A stretch of DNA of 64,000 nucleotides. It comes from Salinivirgaceae bacterium. Its GTDB lineage: Bacteria; Bacteroidota; Bacteroidia; Bacteroidales; SZUA-534. The notes beneath the pieces are model-generated. The model had not been told where the DNA came from. It saw only the letters and a program-made list of their open reading frames with translations, and ran no database searches. A program made the translations under genes and the position numbers. Within the stretch, counting starts at the first letter, position 1; each line of letters opens with the position of its first letter. The stretch covers positions 64,001 to 128,000 of the forward strand of contig JAKSOL010000003.1 in NCBI GenBank assembly GCA_024405635.1. The letters run 5' to 3'. This document shows positions 32,297 through 42,987 of this stretch, piece by piece.

Positions 32297-35200
32297 TTAA
32301 ATGTACTCTTGCCAACTGCGAATTGCAATGTCCGAAATGTTTTTCTCGGTAAATGCAGTGATGAATGCACTTGCAAGACGAGCATTGGTTAGCAATGGAA
32401 TGTTATGGTCGATTGCCGAGCGGCGAATTTTGTATCCATTGGTTAACTCGCGTTTTGTTTGGTTCTTTGGAAGGTTTATAACCAAATCAATCTTGTGCTC
32501 TTGCATCAAGTGCATAACATTGTCGTTGTTGTTCTCGTCTGGCAAATATGCGCGCAAAGCTTCAATTCCATTTTCGGCAAGGAATTTTTGAGTGCCTTCG
32601 GTTGCATAAATTTTCAAGCCGGTTTTGCTCAATTCGCGGCAAGCCTCAAGCAAGTCAACTTTGCCTTTTGCATCGCCCGACGATACTAGTACGCCTTTGG
32701 TTGGAATGTTAACACCAACTGAAATCATTGCGTTAAGCAAAGCCTCGTTAAAATCGGCACCAAGACAACCAACCTCACCAGTTGAGCTCATGTCAACGCC
32801 AAGAACAGGGTCGGCTTTGTGCAAGCGAGCAAACGAGAATTGTGATGCTTTAACACCTACGCGGTCAACATCGTATGTTGAAGAGTCTTTCTTCTCAACG
32901 TTTTGGTCGAGCATAATTTTGGTTGCGGTTTCAATAAAGTTGCGTTTCAACACTTTTGATACAAATGGGAACGAACGTGAAGCGCGCAAGTTGCACTCAA
33001 TAACTTTAACATCGTTGTTCTTTGCAAGGTATTGAATGTTGAAAGGTCCGCTAATGTTCAATTCTTTAGCAATCTTAGCCGAAATTTGTTTGATGCGGCG
33101 AGCGGTTGCCATGTATATTTTTTGTGCAGGGAACACCAAAGTAGCGTCGCCAGAGTGAACTCCAGCAAACTCAACGTGCTCGCTAATAGCGTATTCAATT
33201 ATCTCACCGTTTTTAGCAACAGCGTCAAATTCAACCTCTTTTGCGTTTTGCAAGAATTTTGAAACCACAACAGGGTATTCTTTTGAAACTTTTGCAGCAG
33301 CACCAAGGAATGTGTGAAGTTGGTCTTTGTCGTAGCAAACGTTCATTGCAGCACCCGATAGTACATACGATGGACGAACAAGAACAGGGAATCCAATCTC
33401 GTCAATAAATCCATCAATATCGTCGTAGCTTGTTAGTTCTTTCCAACGTGGTTGGTCAATGCCAAGTTGGTCAAGCATTGCCGAGAATTTGAAGCGGTTT
33501 TCTGCACGGTCAATTGAAACTGGCGAAGTACCAAGAATTGGCACGTTTTGACGGTGAAGTTTCATTGCCAAGTTGTTTGGAATTTGGCCGCCAGTTGACA
33601 CAATAACGCCGCGTGGAGTTTCCAAGTCAATTACGTCAAGAACACGTTCAAAGCTCAACTCGTCAAAGTACAAACGGTCGCACATGTCGTAATCGGTTGA
33701 AACGGTCTCGGGGTTGTAGTTAATCATAATTGATTTGTAGCCCAACTTGCGAGCGGTTTGTGTAGCGTTAACCGAGCACCAATCAAACTCAACTGATGAA
33801 CCGATGCGGTAAGCTCCCGAACCAAGAACGATAATGGTCTTTTCGTTTTTGTAGTCGTAGCTAATTGAGTGTTCGTCAACGCCGTAAGTCATATACAAGT
33901 AGTTTGTTAGCTCAGGATGTTCTGAAGCAACAGTGTTGATGCGACGAACGGCTGGTTTAATGTTTGCTTTTTTGCGAGCTGCGCGCACACGCAAAATCTC
34001 AGATTCCATATTGCCTTGAGGATCCTCAACGTAACGTGCAATTTGGAAGTCGCTAAAGCCAAGGCGTTTAGCTTCTTTTAGTACGTCGGCTGGAAGGTCT
34101 TCAATTTTGTTGTATTGCGAAAGAACTTTGGTGTAGTCAACAATGTTTTTCAGTTTGTTGATAAACCAAATATCGATTTTTGTAAGATCAACAATGCGCT
34201 CAGGAGTGTAGCCTGCTTCCAAAGCTTTTGCAATGGCAAAGATGCGCAAGTCGGTAGGGTGCGAAAGTTCATAGTCAAGGTCCTCAAACTCAAGGTCGTT
34301 GTTGCCAACAAAACCATGCATGCCTTGGCCAATCATGCGCAAACCTTTTTGCATAATTTCCTCAAACGATTTACCGATTGACATAATCTCGCCAACCGAT
34401 TTCATTGAAGAACCAATTTGGCGGTCAACGCCAACAAATTTGGTCAAGTCCCAACGTGGAATTTTTGCAATGATGTAGTCAACTGAAGGTGCAACGTAAG
34501 CTGAGTTTGGAGTGCCCATTTCGCCAATTTGGTCAAGGCTATAGCCCAAAGCCAATTTAGCAGCCACAAAAGCCAATGGATAACCCGATGCTTTTGAAGC
34601 CAAAGCTGACGAACGGCTTAAACGTGCATTGATTTCGATAATGCGGTAGTCGTTGGTTACTGCGTTGAATGCAAATTGAATGTTGCACTCGCCAACAATG
34701 CCGATGTGACGAACTACTTGTTTCGAAATTTCTTGCAACATGCTTATTTGCTCTTGCGACAACGAAATGATAGGTGCCACTACAATAGACTCACCAGTGT
34801 GTATGCCAAGTGGGTCAAAGTTTTCCATTGGAACAACGGTAAAGCAGTGGTCGTTTTTGTCGCGAATTACCTCAAACTCAATCTCTTTCCAACCTTTAAG
34901 CGACTCTTCGACAAGAATTTGTGGTGAATGAGTAAGTGCGCTTTCGCAAAGCTCAACAAATTCTTTTTCATTTTGGCAAATGCCAGAGCCCAAACCGCCA
35001 AGAGCGTAGGCCGAACGAACCATAACAGGGAAACCAATTTTGTTTGCAGCTTTTAGCGCATCTTCCATAGTTTCAACAGCTTGCGAAACTGGAGTTTTAG
35101 CCGAAATCTCGTTTAGTTTCTTTACAAACAAATCGCGGTCTTCGGTAATCATAATGGCATCAACAGAGGTTCCTAAAACCTTTACGCCATATTTTTCAAG

Positions 35201-35515
35201 AGTACCACTTGTGTAAAGTTCAGTACCACAGTTTAATGCTGTTTGTCCACCAAACGAAAGCATAATGCCGTCGGGGCGCTCTTTCTTAATAATCTCCTCA
35301 ACAAAATAAGGAGTGATTGGTAAAAAGTAAACGCGGTCGGCCACTCCTTCTGATGTTTGAATGGTGGCAATGTTTGGGTTGATAAGAACAGTTTGAATGC
35401 CTTCTTCGCGCATTGCTTTTAGCGCTTGCGAACCAGAGTAGTCAAACTCGCCAGCTTGACCAATCTTTAATGCTCCTGAACCTAAAAGGAGCACCTTTTT
35501 AATTGAGTTTTCCAT
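32297..35515 (-). CDS. carB: Carbamoyl-phosphate synthase large subunit
   Basis: GSGALKIGQAGEFDYSGSQA, two ATP-grasp domains, NPETVSTDYD, C-terminal MGS domain. Confidence 0.96.
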   Translation of the reverse strand: MENSIKKVLLLGSGALKIGQAGEFDYSGSQALKAMREEGIQTVLINPNIATIQTSEGVADRVYFLPITPYFVEEIIKKERPDGIMLSFGGQTALNCGTELYTSGTLEKYGVKVLGTSVDAIMITEDRDLFVKKLNEISAKTPVSQAVETMEDALKAANKIGFPVMVRSAYALGGLGSGICQNEKEFVELCESALTHSPQILVEESLKGWKEIEFEVIRDKNDHCFTVVPMENFDPLGIHTGESIVVAPIISLSQEQISMLQEISKQVVRHIGIVGECNIQFAFNAVTNDYRIIEINARLSRSSALASKASGYPLAFVAAKLALGYSLDQIGEMGTPNSAYVAPSVDYIIAKIPRWDLTKFVGVDRQIGSSMKSVGEIMSIGKSFEEIMQKGLRMIGQGMHGFVGNNDLEFEDLDYELSHPTDLRIFAIAKALEAGYTPERIVDLTKIDIWFINKLKNIVDYTKVLSQYNKIEDLPADVLKEAKRLGFSDFQIARYVEDPQGNMESEILRVRAARKKANIKPAVRRINTVASEHPELTNYLYMTYGVDEHSISYDYKNEKTIIVLGSGAYRIGSSVEFDWCSVNATQTARKLGYKSIMINYNPETVSTDYDMCDRLYFDELSFERVLDVIDLETPRGVIVSTGGQIPNNLAMKLHRQNVPILGTSPVSIDRAENRFKFSAMLDQLGIDQPRWKELTSYDDIDGFIDEIGFPVLVRPSYVLSGAAMNVCYDKDQLHTFLGAAAKVSKEYPVVVSKFLQNAKEVEFDAVAKNGEIIEYAISEHVEFAGVHSGDATLVFPAQKIYMATARRIKQISAKIAKELNISGPFNIQYLAKNNDVKVIECNLRASRSFPFVSKVLKRNFIETATKIMLDQNVEKKDSSTYDVDRVGVKASQFSFARLHKADPVLGVDMSSTGEVGCLGADFNEALLNAMISVGVNIPTKGVLVSSGDAKGKVDLLEACRELSKTGLKIYATEGTQKFLAENGIEALRAYLPDENNNDNVMHLMQEHKIDLVINLPKNQTKRELTNGYKIRRSAIDHNIPLLTNARLASAFITAFTEKNISDIAIRSWQEYI

Positions 35516-35547
35516 CGTGTATTATTTAGTTTAACTTGCTTGCATAC

Positions 35548-35583
35548 AAAAAAAAGCATCGATTGAAAAATCAATCAATGCTT
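35548..35583 (-). terminator. Intrinsic terminator in the carB 5' leader (candidate attenuator)
   Basis: Minus strand aagcattgattga-tttt-tcaatcgatgctt with a U run, about 30 nt before the carB ATG. Confidence 0.65.
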
Positions 35584-35591
35584 AAATTTTT

Positions 35592-35669
35592 TTAAAACAA
35601 ACACCCAACGTTTGCCAAGGTTAAAACCATGTGCTTTTTAGACGAGGAATGTTCGTTTTTCATTTTCAT
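35592..35669 (-). CDS. Putative 25-aa carB leader peptide MKMKNEHSSSKKHMVLTLANVGCLF
   Basis: Read by hand; starts just after a TATATTTG box (35686-35693) and stops 8 nt before the leader hairpin. Confidence 0.35.
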   Translation of the reverse strand: MKMKNEHSSSKKHMVLTLANVGCLF

Positions 35670-35823
35670 CGTTTCATCGTTTTGGCAAATATAGAACCAT
35701 TTTTTCGTTTTTCTGTCCTTCAAAACCTGATTGTTGGCAATTACTTGCTACAAGTTTTCAACCATTTGTTATTTGTTGTTTTTTGTATGTTGATAAATGT
35801 GTAACAATTTGTAAATGTGTTGC

Positions 35824-36303
35824 TTACAATACGTCTTTTGTAAACGATAGCGATAAAAGGTCGGATGCACTATTGACTGAGTAGGTGTGGTTTGCGCCAA
35901 CCATAATAACCTCTAGTTTGCTGTTGTATCGAGTTTCGGTTTCGAGCAAAACTTGTCGGCACATGCCGCATGGGGTTATGGGCTCGTCGAGCAACTTGCC
36001 GTTGTTGAATGCTGCAATGGCTATGGCAACTGGAACAGCTTCGGGGTATGTTGAATTTGCGTAAAACATGGCAGTTCGTTCGGCGCAAATTCCGCAAGGG
36101 TACGATGCGTTTTCTTGGTTCGACCCTTCAATCATTTGTCCGTTGTTGAGCAAAACACAAGCGCCTACGTTAAATTTTGAGTATGGTGCATAGGCTCGTT
36201 TGGCTGCCGATTGTGCTCGTTTTGCTATTTCTTGTCGGCTTTGTTCTAGTTCGGCAATGCTATTAAACTGTTTTACGTTTATGCTTGATGTTAAGTTGTT
36301 CAT
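35824..36303 (-). CDS. cdd: Cytidine deaminase
   Basis: AYAPYSKFNVGA, NQENASYP, CAERTA, PCGMCRQ. Confidence 0.94.
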   Translation of the reverse strand: MNNLTSSINVKQFNSIAELEQSRQEIAKRAQSAAKRAYAPYSKFNVGACVLLNNGQMIEGSNQENASYPCGICAERTAMFYANSTYPEAVPVAIAIAAFNNGKLLDEPITPCGMCRQVLLETETRYNSKLEVIMVGANHTYSVNSASDLLSLSFTKDVL

Positions 36304-36305
36304 AA

Positions 36306-37766
36306 TCAAAGTTTTTGGGCGTTTTTTAAAATGTCGAGCAAAAAGTTATAGAACATTGCAACGGTGGCAATTTCAACTTTTTCGCTAGGCGAGTGCACGT
36401 TTCGCAATGTTGGACCAACTGAAATCATGTCCATTTCGGGATATTTTTCTAAGAACAATCCACACTCCAAGCCGGCGTGAATGGCCTTTACTTTTGGTTC
36501 TTTTCCAAAGCGTTGCTTGTAACAATTGATGGCTACTGAAAGCAGTTGTGAGTTTGGATTTGGGTTCCAACCCGGATAACCTTCGGAGTGATTTATTTCG
36601 GCGCCATTGCTTTTAAAGGCGTTTGCAACCACAAGCGCAATGTTGTATTTCGAGTCTTCGACTGAACTGCGTTGGCTGGTTGCAATTTCTATTTTGTCGG
36701 CATCAATAAATTTGATTGATGCTAGGTTGGTTGATGTTTCAACCAGATTATCAATCGATTGGCTCATTGCAATAACGCCATTTGGGCAGGCCATTAGCGA
36801 GTTGAGCAACTTGTCGCGGTTTTCGGTTGCGAGTATTGTTGCAGGAGTTTCGTTTTTTTCAGCCAGCAAATTCATGTTTGGTTCGGTTTGGCTGAATTGG
36901 TTTGTTACTTGTTGTTTGTAGTTTTCAACGTAGGCAACAAAATCGGTTTCGGCATTTGCATCAACAGTAACAATGGCGTAGCAGTCGCGTGGAATGGCGT
37001 TGCGAAGGTTGCCGCCTTCAATTTTTGCCACACCTATATTAAATTGGTGCGATGCCGACCAAAGCAGTTTGGCAATTATTTTGTTGGCGTTGGCAAAACC
37101 TTTGTTAATGTCGTCGCCCGAATGGCCGCCATGCAATCCACCTATTGAAATTTTGTAGGCCGATGAATTGTCGGGGCAAGCTTGTGTTTTGTACTTCATG
37201 GTGGCGGTTGTGTCGATGCCGCCAGCGCAGCCTATGAAAATTTCGCCTTCGTCTTCTGAGTCAAGATTTATAAGCGTTTTTCCGGTAAGAAAATTGTCTT
37301 TTAGTGCAAATGCGCCAGTCAGACCAGTTTCTTCGTCAACGGTAAACAAACACTCAATTGCTGGATGTTCAATGCTTTGCGATGCCAAAATAGCAAGTTG
37401 AGTTGCTACTCCCATGCCATCGTCGGCGCCAAGTGTTGTGCCGTTTGCGCAAACCCATTCGCCGTCAATAATTGGTTGAATGGCATCGGTTTCAAAATTG
37501 TGAGTTGAATTGGCGTTTTTTTCGCACACCATATCTATATGACTTTGTAGCACAATGGTTTTGTGGCTTTCAAACCCTTTGGTTGCGGGTTTTTTAATAA
37601 GCACATTGCCTATCTCGTCGCGTTGAGTTTCAAGGTTGTGGCTTTTGCCAAAGTTGAGTAGGTATTCAATTATTTTTCCTTCTTTTTTCGATGGACGAGG
37701 CACTTTGCAAATTTCGGCAAAGTATTTCCAAACATCGGTAGGCTGAAGATTTTCTATCGAGTTCAT
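36306..37766 (-). CDS. pepD: Aminoacyl-histidine dipeptidase (M20)
   Basis: LQSHIDMV, GTTLGADDG, DEETGLTGA, INLDSE, GGHSG, IHAGLECG. Confidence 0.94.
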   Translation of the reverse strand: MNSIENLQPTDVWKYFAEICKVPRPSKKEGKIIEYLLNFGKSHNLETQRDEIGNVLIKKPATKGFESHKTIVLQSHIDMVCEKNANSTHNFETDAIQPIIDGEWVCANGTTLGADDGMGVATQLAILASQSIEHPAIECLFTVDEETGLTGAFALKDNFLTGKTLINLDSEDEGEIFIGCAGGIDTTATMKYKTQACPDNSSAYKISIGGLHGGHSGDDINKGFANANKIIAKLLWSASHQFNIGVAKIEGGNLRNAIPRDCYAIVTVDANAETDFVAYVENYKQQVTNQFSQTEPNMNLLAEKNETPATILATENRDKLLNSLMACPNGVIAMSQSIDNLVETSTNLASIKFIDADKIEIATSQRSSVEDSKYNIALVVANAFKSNGAEINHSEGYPGWNPNPNSQLLSVAINCYKQRFGKEPKVKAIHAGLECGLFLEKYPEMDMISVGPTLRNVHSPSEKVEIATVAMFYNFLLDILKNAQKL

Positions 37767-37823
37767 TTTTTATGTTTTCAATTATCAGTTAATATCAATT
37801 GGCAATGTAGAAAATGTTAGGCA

Positions 37824-38234
37824 TTACGAAACAATTGTAGCAACAATGCGGCGCGAACCGCCCCAATCGCGAAACTCGCATAGGTAAATGCCTTGCCAAG
37901 TTCCTAAATTAAGCCTGTGGTTGGTTATTGGAACAGAAACCGAAGGCCCAATTATTGAAGCTTTAATGTGCGCGGGCATATCGTCGTCGCCCTCAAGCGT
38001 GTGCTCAAAATAAGGCAGTTGCGAATCAACTGTGCGGCGAAAAAATGTTTCAAAGTCGATGCGAACTGTTGGGTCGGCATTTTCGTTTATGGTGAGTGCC
38101 GCACTTGTGTGCTGAATCATTAAATGCAGTATTCCACTTTCGGGCAATTCGGGTAATTGCTTTGTTATTTCGCTGGTAATCAAATGATAACCACGTTTGC
38201 GTTGTGGTAGCGAAAATGTAACTTGTGTAACCAT
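37824..38234 (-). CDS. yjbQ: YjbQ/UPF0047 family protein
   Basis: HTSAALTINENADP, HTLEGDDDMPAHIK, LGTWQGIYLCEFR. Confidence 0.9.
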   Translation of the reverse strand: MVTQVTFSLPQRKRGYHLITSEITKQLPELPESGILHLMIQHTSAALTINENADPTVRIDFETFFRRTVDSQLPYFEHTLEGDDDMPAHIKASIIGPSVSVPITNHRLNLGTWQGIYLCEFRDWGGSRRIVATIVS

Positions 38235-38421
38235 GTTAGTGTTGTTCAATGTTTTTTCGTGTGTCAAATTTACTTATTGGCATTGGTTCAAAAAAACAGA
38301 TTGTTATCGAATGCGGCTTTTTATTGTTTTGGTGAGCAATAAACTTGTGAGTTTTTGAGTTATTGCGGCAATCAATCTTCACATTATTTTTGTGCCACAT
38401 TCAAAAAAACAACAACGTTAA

Positions 38422-40857
38422 GTGAGGCAAATTATCACCGCCATCTTGCTCTTTTTATCTTGCTCGTTGAGTGCTCAGCAAGCCATGCTTACGGGTGTGG
38501 TTACCGATGCGTCGGGCAATGGCATCGAAATGGCTAATGTGGTGGTGAAAGATGTTGCAGGAGGCGAAACAACCGACCAAAACGGAAAATATTCAATAAA
38601 AGTTCCTGCCGGAAAATCGATTTATGTGGCTTTTTCGTGCATCGGTTTTGAAACGCATTGGGAGGAACTGATAATTGCGCCAAATCAAACTCGAAAACTT
38701 GATGTGGTGCTTAACGCATCGATGCAAGATATTGAGCAAGTGACAGTTGAAGATGCACAAGTGCGAAAAAGTACGTTGTTGCGCATCAATCCAAAGGTGA
38801 TGAACGTGTTGCCCGATGCATCAGGCTCAATTGAAAGTTTGGTGAAAACCATGCCGGGTGTGGCATCAAATAACGAGATGAGTTCGCAATACTCGGTGCG
38901 TGGCGGCAGCTTTGACGAGAATTTGGTTTATGTGAACGATGTTGAAATTTATCGCCCAATTTTGGTGCGTAGCGGCGAGCAAGAAGGCTTGAGCTTTGTA
39001 AACTCCGACATGGTTTCGAACTTGCTTTTTTCGGCTGGCGGATTTGATGCTAAGTATGGCGACAAAATGGCGTCGGTGCTCGACATTAAGTACAAACGTC
39101 CAGTTGGGTGGGGCGTTTCGGCATCGGCAAGTATGTTTGGCGGTTCGGTTACGGCTTTTGGCGACGCTTTTAACCATAGGCTGCATCACATTTCGGGCTT
39201 AAGGTACAAGCGCAACAAATATTTGCTTAACTCGCTTGAAACATCGGGCGATTACGACCCAAAATTTGCTGATTTTCAAACATATATAACCTGCGATTTA
39301 ACTGACCGCGTTGAGGTTGGCTTTTTGGGTAATTACTCAAGCAACGTGTACAATTTTTGGCCAAAAGACCGAACTACCAAATTTGGTCTTTATAACCAGC
39401 CAATGGAGTTGCGAATGTATTTTGAAGGCAGCGAGCGCGACTCGTATCGTACACTTATGGGGGCCATTACTACCAATGTTAAGATAAACGACGGTTTTCA
39501 ACTCAAGTTTACGGCATCGGCTTTTAAAACTGCCGAGCGTGAAACCTACGACATTTTGAGCGAGTATTACATAAACGAAATTGAAACCGCAGTTGGTGCT
39601 GCCAATTTTGGCGATAGCGTGAAAACATTGGGCATTGGCGGTTTTTTAGAACACGGAAGAAATTATCTTGATGCTAAAGTGTTTGCCGTTGAGCATCGTG
39701 GCTTGTTAACTGCTGAAAACCATTTTTTTAATTGGGGAATAAAAGCCAACAGGCAGATTATTGACGACGACCTGTCGGAATGGGTTATGATTGATTCGGC
39801 AGGCTATTCCATTTCGAACAATGGTAGCGGATTGTATCGCACGTTGCGAGCAAAAAATAATGTGGAGTCGGGTAGGGTAACAGCTTATGTGCAAGATGTT
39901 TACAGTTTTGTTGCCGACTCGGCCAATGTGCATGTTACTTATGGCGTGAGGGCTAATTATTGGAACTTTAACAACGAACTTTTGGTTTCGCCACGAGCAA
40001 GCATTTCGTACAAACCAAATTGGGAGGCCGACTGGCTTTTCAAATTCTCAACGGGTTTTTATTATCAGTCGCCGTTTTACAAAGAGATGCGCACGCCGCA
40101 AGGTGTTGTGAATAAAGACATTAAAGCCCAAAAATCAATTCATTTTGTGTTGGGGGCCGATTATAACTTTTCGGCATGGAACCGACCGTTTAAGTTTATT
40201 ACCGAGTTGTATTACAAAATGTTACGCGATTTGGTTTCGTATCAAGTCGATAACCTGCGAACCATTTATTCGGGCTGCAACGATGCCGACGGCTATGCGG
40301 TTGGGCTCGATATGAAGGTTGCTGGCGAATTTGTAAAAGGTGTCGATTCGTGGATTAGCCTTTCGTTAATGAAAACAGAGGAAGATATTAAAGGCGATAG
40401 TTATCAGCGAACAATCAACAACGGCACAACGCAAACCGTTTTTCCGGGCTACATTCCTCGTCCAACCGATCAGCGCGTTAACGTGAGCATGTTTTTTCAA
40501 GATTATTTACCTGGAAACGAAGCATATAAAGTGCATTTGCAGTTAAATTATGGTAGCCGTTTGCCATTTGGTCCACCCAACTCGCCACGATACATGGCAA
40601 CAGGCCGAATGCCAGCCTATCAGCGCGTTGACCTTGGTTTTTCGCGCACACTGAAAAACAAAAACCGAAACTATGCAAGCGGACACATTTTGCACTACGT
40701 GAAAGATGCGTGGATTGGCGCCGAAGTGCTCAATGTTACCGATAGACAAAATGTGGCATCGTATGAGTGGGTTACCGATTTTAACAGCCTGCAATATGCT
40801 GTTCCAAATTCGCTTACAGGCCGAAGATTTAACGTAAAACTTTCAGTTGAATTCTAA
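38422..40857 (+). CDS. TonB-dependent receptor with N-terminal carboxypeptidase-regulatory-like domain
   Basis: Signal peptide, plug motifs YSVRGGSFDENLVYVN and GGFDAKYGDKMASVLDI, C-terminal F; GTG start. Confidence 0.88.
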   Translation: MRQIITAILLFLSCSLSAQQAMLTGVVTDASGNGIEMANVVVKDVAGGETTDQNGKYSIKVPAGKSIYVAFSCIGFETHWEELIIAPNQTRKLDVVLNASMQDIEQVTVEDAQVRKSTLLRINPKVMNVLPDASGSIESLVKTMPGVASNNEMSSQYSVRGGSFDENLVYVNDVEIYRPILVRSGEQEGLSFVNSDMVSNLLFSAGGFDAKYGDKMASVLDIKYKRPVGWGVSASASMFGGSVTAFGDAFNHRLHHISGLRYKRNKYLLNSLETSGDYDPKFADFQTYITCDLTDRVEVGFLGNYSSNVYNFWPKDRTTKFGLYNQPMELRMYFEGSERDSYRTLMGAITTNVKINDGFQLKFTASAFKTAERETYDILSEYYINEIETAVGAANFGDSVKTLGIGGFLEHGRNYLDAKVFAVEHRGLLTAENHFFNWGIKANRQIIDDDLSEWVMIDSAGYSISNNGSGLYRTLRAKNNVESGRVTAYVQDVYSFVADSANVHVTYGVRANYWNFNNELLVSPRASISYKPNWEADWLFKFSTGFYYQSPFYKEMRTPQGVVNKDIKAQKSIHFVLGADYNFSAWNRPFKFITELYYKMLRDLVSYQVDNLRTIYSGCNDADGYAVGLDMKVAGEFVKGVDSWISLSLMKTEEDIKGDSYQRTINNGTTQTVFPGYIPRPTDQRVNVSMFFQDYLPGNEAYKVHLQLNYGSRLPFGPPNSPRYMATGRMPAYQRVDLGFSRTLKNKNRNYASGHILHYVKDAWIGAEVLNVTDRQNVASYEWVTDFNSLQYAVPNSLTGRRFNVKLSVEF

Positions 40858-40879
40858 AAAAAACTAAACAAGCAAAGCC

Positions 40880-41866
40880 ATGTCGCAACTAGCCGAATCG
40901 CTAAAATACATTTACACCAAAGGCAAAAACTCGTGCATCATTTTGTTTAAGCTGATGATACCTGCATCAATAATAATCAGGGTTATTCAGCAACTCAATT
41001 TGCTGCCATATATATCGGAGTGGCTCGATCCGGTGATGCGAGTGGTTGATTTGCCAGCCGAAATGTCGTTGGTGTGGCTCACCGCCATTATGGTGAACAT
41101 TTACGGTGCGTTTTTGGCATTGTTTGGCATTTACCCAAATTTGGCTGAGCCGCTAACTGTGGCCCAAATGACAACGCTTTGCACAATGATTTTGTTGGCA
41201 CACTCGTTTCCCATTGAGTTGGTGGTGGCAAAAAAAACAGGCACCAAACTTTGGATAATGTTCATCATTAGGTTTGGTTTTGCCATTTTGTTGGGATTCA
41301 TAATGTCGCGAACCTACCTTTTGCTTGGTTGGTTGCAGCAATCGGCAACCATTGCGACTTTTCTTACCGCCAAATCAACCTTGTGGACCGATTGGATAAT
41401 AAACGAGCTAAAGAATTATGCCATAATAACTTGCGTCATTTTTGCATTGGTAACAATGATACGCATTCTCGAAATAACGGGAATGATAAAAATTGTGAAT
41501 AAAGTAATGGGCCCAATGCTCAATTGGCTCAAAATAAGTAATCAAATGATGCCACTTACTGTGGTTGGACTTACACTTGGCATTGGTTATGGTGGCGGTT
41601 TAATTATTGAAGAAAGTAGGCGACAAGCAATGAAACCAAAAGGTATTTTTTATGCAATGATGCTCATGGGGCTATTTCACAGCATTTTTGAGGACACCAT
41701 TCTGATGCTTTCAATGGGAGGGCATTGGTCGGGCGTTATAGTGTTCAGATTAATTTTTGCGGTTGTAATAACTTTTTGCTTTGTGCGGCTCACTCAAAAT
41801 ATTGACGATCAAAAGTTTGCGCGCCTTTTTATGACTCGCGAATTTCTAAATAGAAAATATGAGTAA
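40880..41866 (+). CDS. Nucleoside-recognition (Gate) domain membrane protein
   Basis: Multi-pass TM; LLAHSFPIE, GLTLGIGYGGGLII, HSIFEDT motifs. Confidence 0.7.
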   Translation: MSQLAESLKYIYTKGKNSCIILFKLMIPASIIIRVIQQLNLLPYISEWLDPVMRVVDLPAEMSLVWLTAIMVNIYGAFLALFGIYPNLAEPLTVAQMTTLCTMILLAHSFPIELVVAKKTGTKLWIMFIIRFGFAILLGFIMSRTYLLLGWLQQSATIATFLTAKSTLWTDWIINELKNYAIITCVIFALVTMIRILEITGMIKIVNKVMGPMLNWLKISNQMMPLTVVGLTLGIGYGGGLIIEESRRQAMKPKGIFYAMMLMGLFHSIFEDTILMLSMGGHWSGVIVFRLIFAVVITFCFVRLTQNIDDQKFARLFMTREFLNRKYE

Positions 41867-41958
41867 CGGCAAACTATGTTGTTTGTAGAAACCATAAGGT
41901 TCCCCCGCAAGGGCAAAAAGTCTATATTTGCAGTTCAAAAACATAAATACAACAAATC

Positions 41959-42987
41959 GTGAAGAAGTTTCTTTCGGCACTTAAATACGTGCTTTTTCTG
42001 GCAATAGGCATTGCTGTTTTCTACTACATATACAAAGAATTTAAATGGGACGAACTAAAAGGCCAATTGTCGTCGCTCAAATGGGGTTGGATAGTTTTAG
42101 GTTTGGCAATAGGTTTGGTTAGTCACACATGCCGAGCCTTGCGTTGGAATATGCTAATCAATCCGTTAGGCTACAAAACCAACCTTTTTCGCACCTTTTG
42201 TGCGGTAATGTCAATGTATTTCACCAACCTGATTATTCCACGAGGCGGCGAGTTTGTACGTTGCACGGCACTCAATCGTTCCGATCGCATACCATTTGCA
42301 GTGTTGCTAGGTACTGTGGTGGTTGAGCGCTCGGTTGATATTATTTTGCTTATAGTGTTGGTAATCATCACCTTTTGCATTCAATTGCCATTTTTTAAAG
42401 ACTTTTTTAGCCAACCTGGGCACGAAATTGATGTTCAAAAATTTGAACTTTTTCTTTCGCCTTGGTTTTGGGTTATAACCGTGTTGGCATGTGTAGCAAT
42501 TGTGTTTGTGCTATGGAAAATGCGCAAAACAATAAGCCAATGGCGCATAATGCAACCAGTTATTGAGTTGATGCACAAATTCTTAGACGGACTGAAATCG
42601 GTAACCAAACTGAAAAATCCATGGCTCTTTGGGTTCTACTCGTTGTTTATCTATTTCACCTATTTCCTAATGACATTTGTGGTGTTTTACAGCTTTGAAC
42701 CAACTCAAAATCTGACCTTTTCGGCTGGACTAACCACCTTTATTATGGGAGGTTTGGCAATGCTTGTTCCTGTGCAAGGCGGCATAGGTCCATGGCACTT
42801 TATGGTTTACGAAACATTGGCGCTTTATGGCATTCAAATTGCTGACGGAAAGGTGTTTGCACTTATTTGCCACACATCAACCAATGCCTTTATGTTGGTG
42901 GTTGGTGCAGCTTGTTTGGTTTACTTGACATTGGTGGGGCGCCAAAACACAAATATTGAACAAACCGCAACGGTTAATGAAAAATAA
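41959..42987 (+). CDS. Lysylphosphatidylglycerol synthase TM-domain / flippase-like protein
   Basis: RALRWNMLI, PRGGEFVRC, GTVVVERSVD, PVQGGIGPWH. Confidence 0.82.
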   Translation: MKKFLSALKYVLFLAIGIAVFYYIYKEFKWDELKGQLSSLKWGWIVLGLAIGLVSHTCRALRWNMLINPLGYKTNLFRTFCAVMSMYFTNLIIPRGGEFVRCTALNRSDRIPFAVLLGTVVVERSVDIILLIVLVIITFCIQLPFFKDFFSQPGHEIDVQKFELFLSPWFWVITVLACVAIVFVLWKMRKTISQWRIMQPVIELMHKFLDGLKSVTKLKNPWLFGFYSLFIYFTYFLMTFVVFYSFEPTQNLTFSAGLTTFIMGGLAMLVPVQGGIGPWHFMVYETLALYGIQIADGKVFALICHTSTNAFMLVVGAACLVYLTLVGRQNTNIEQTATVNEK

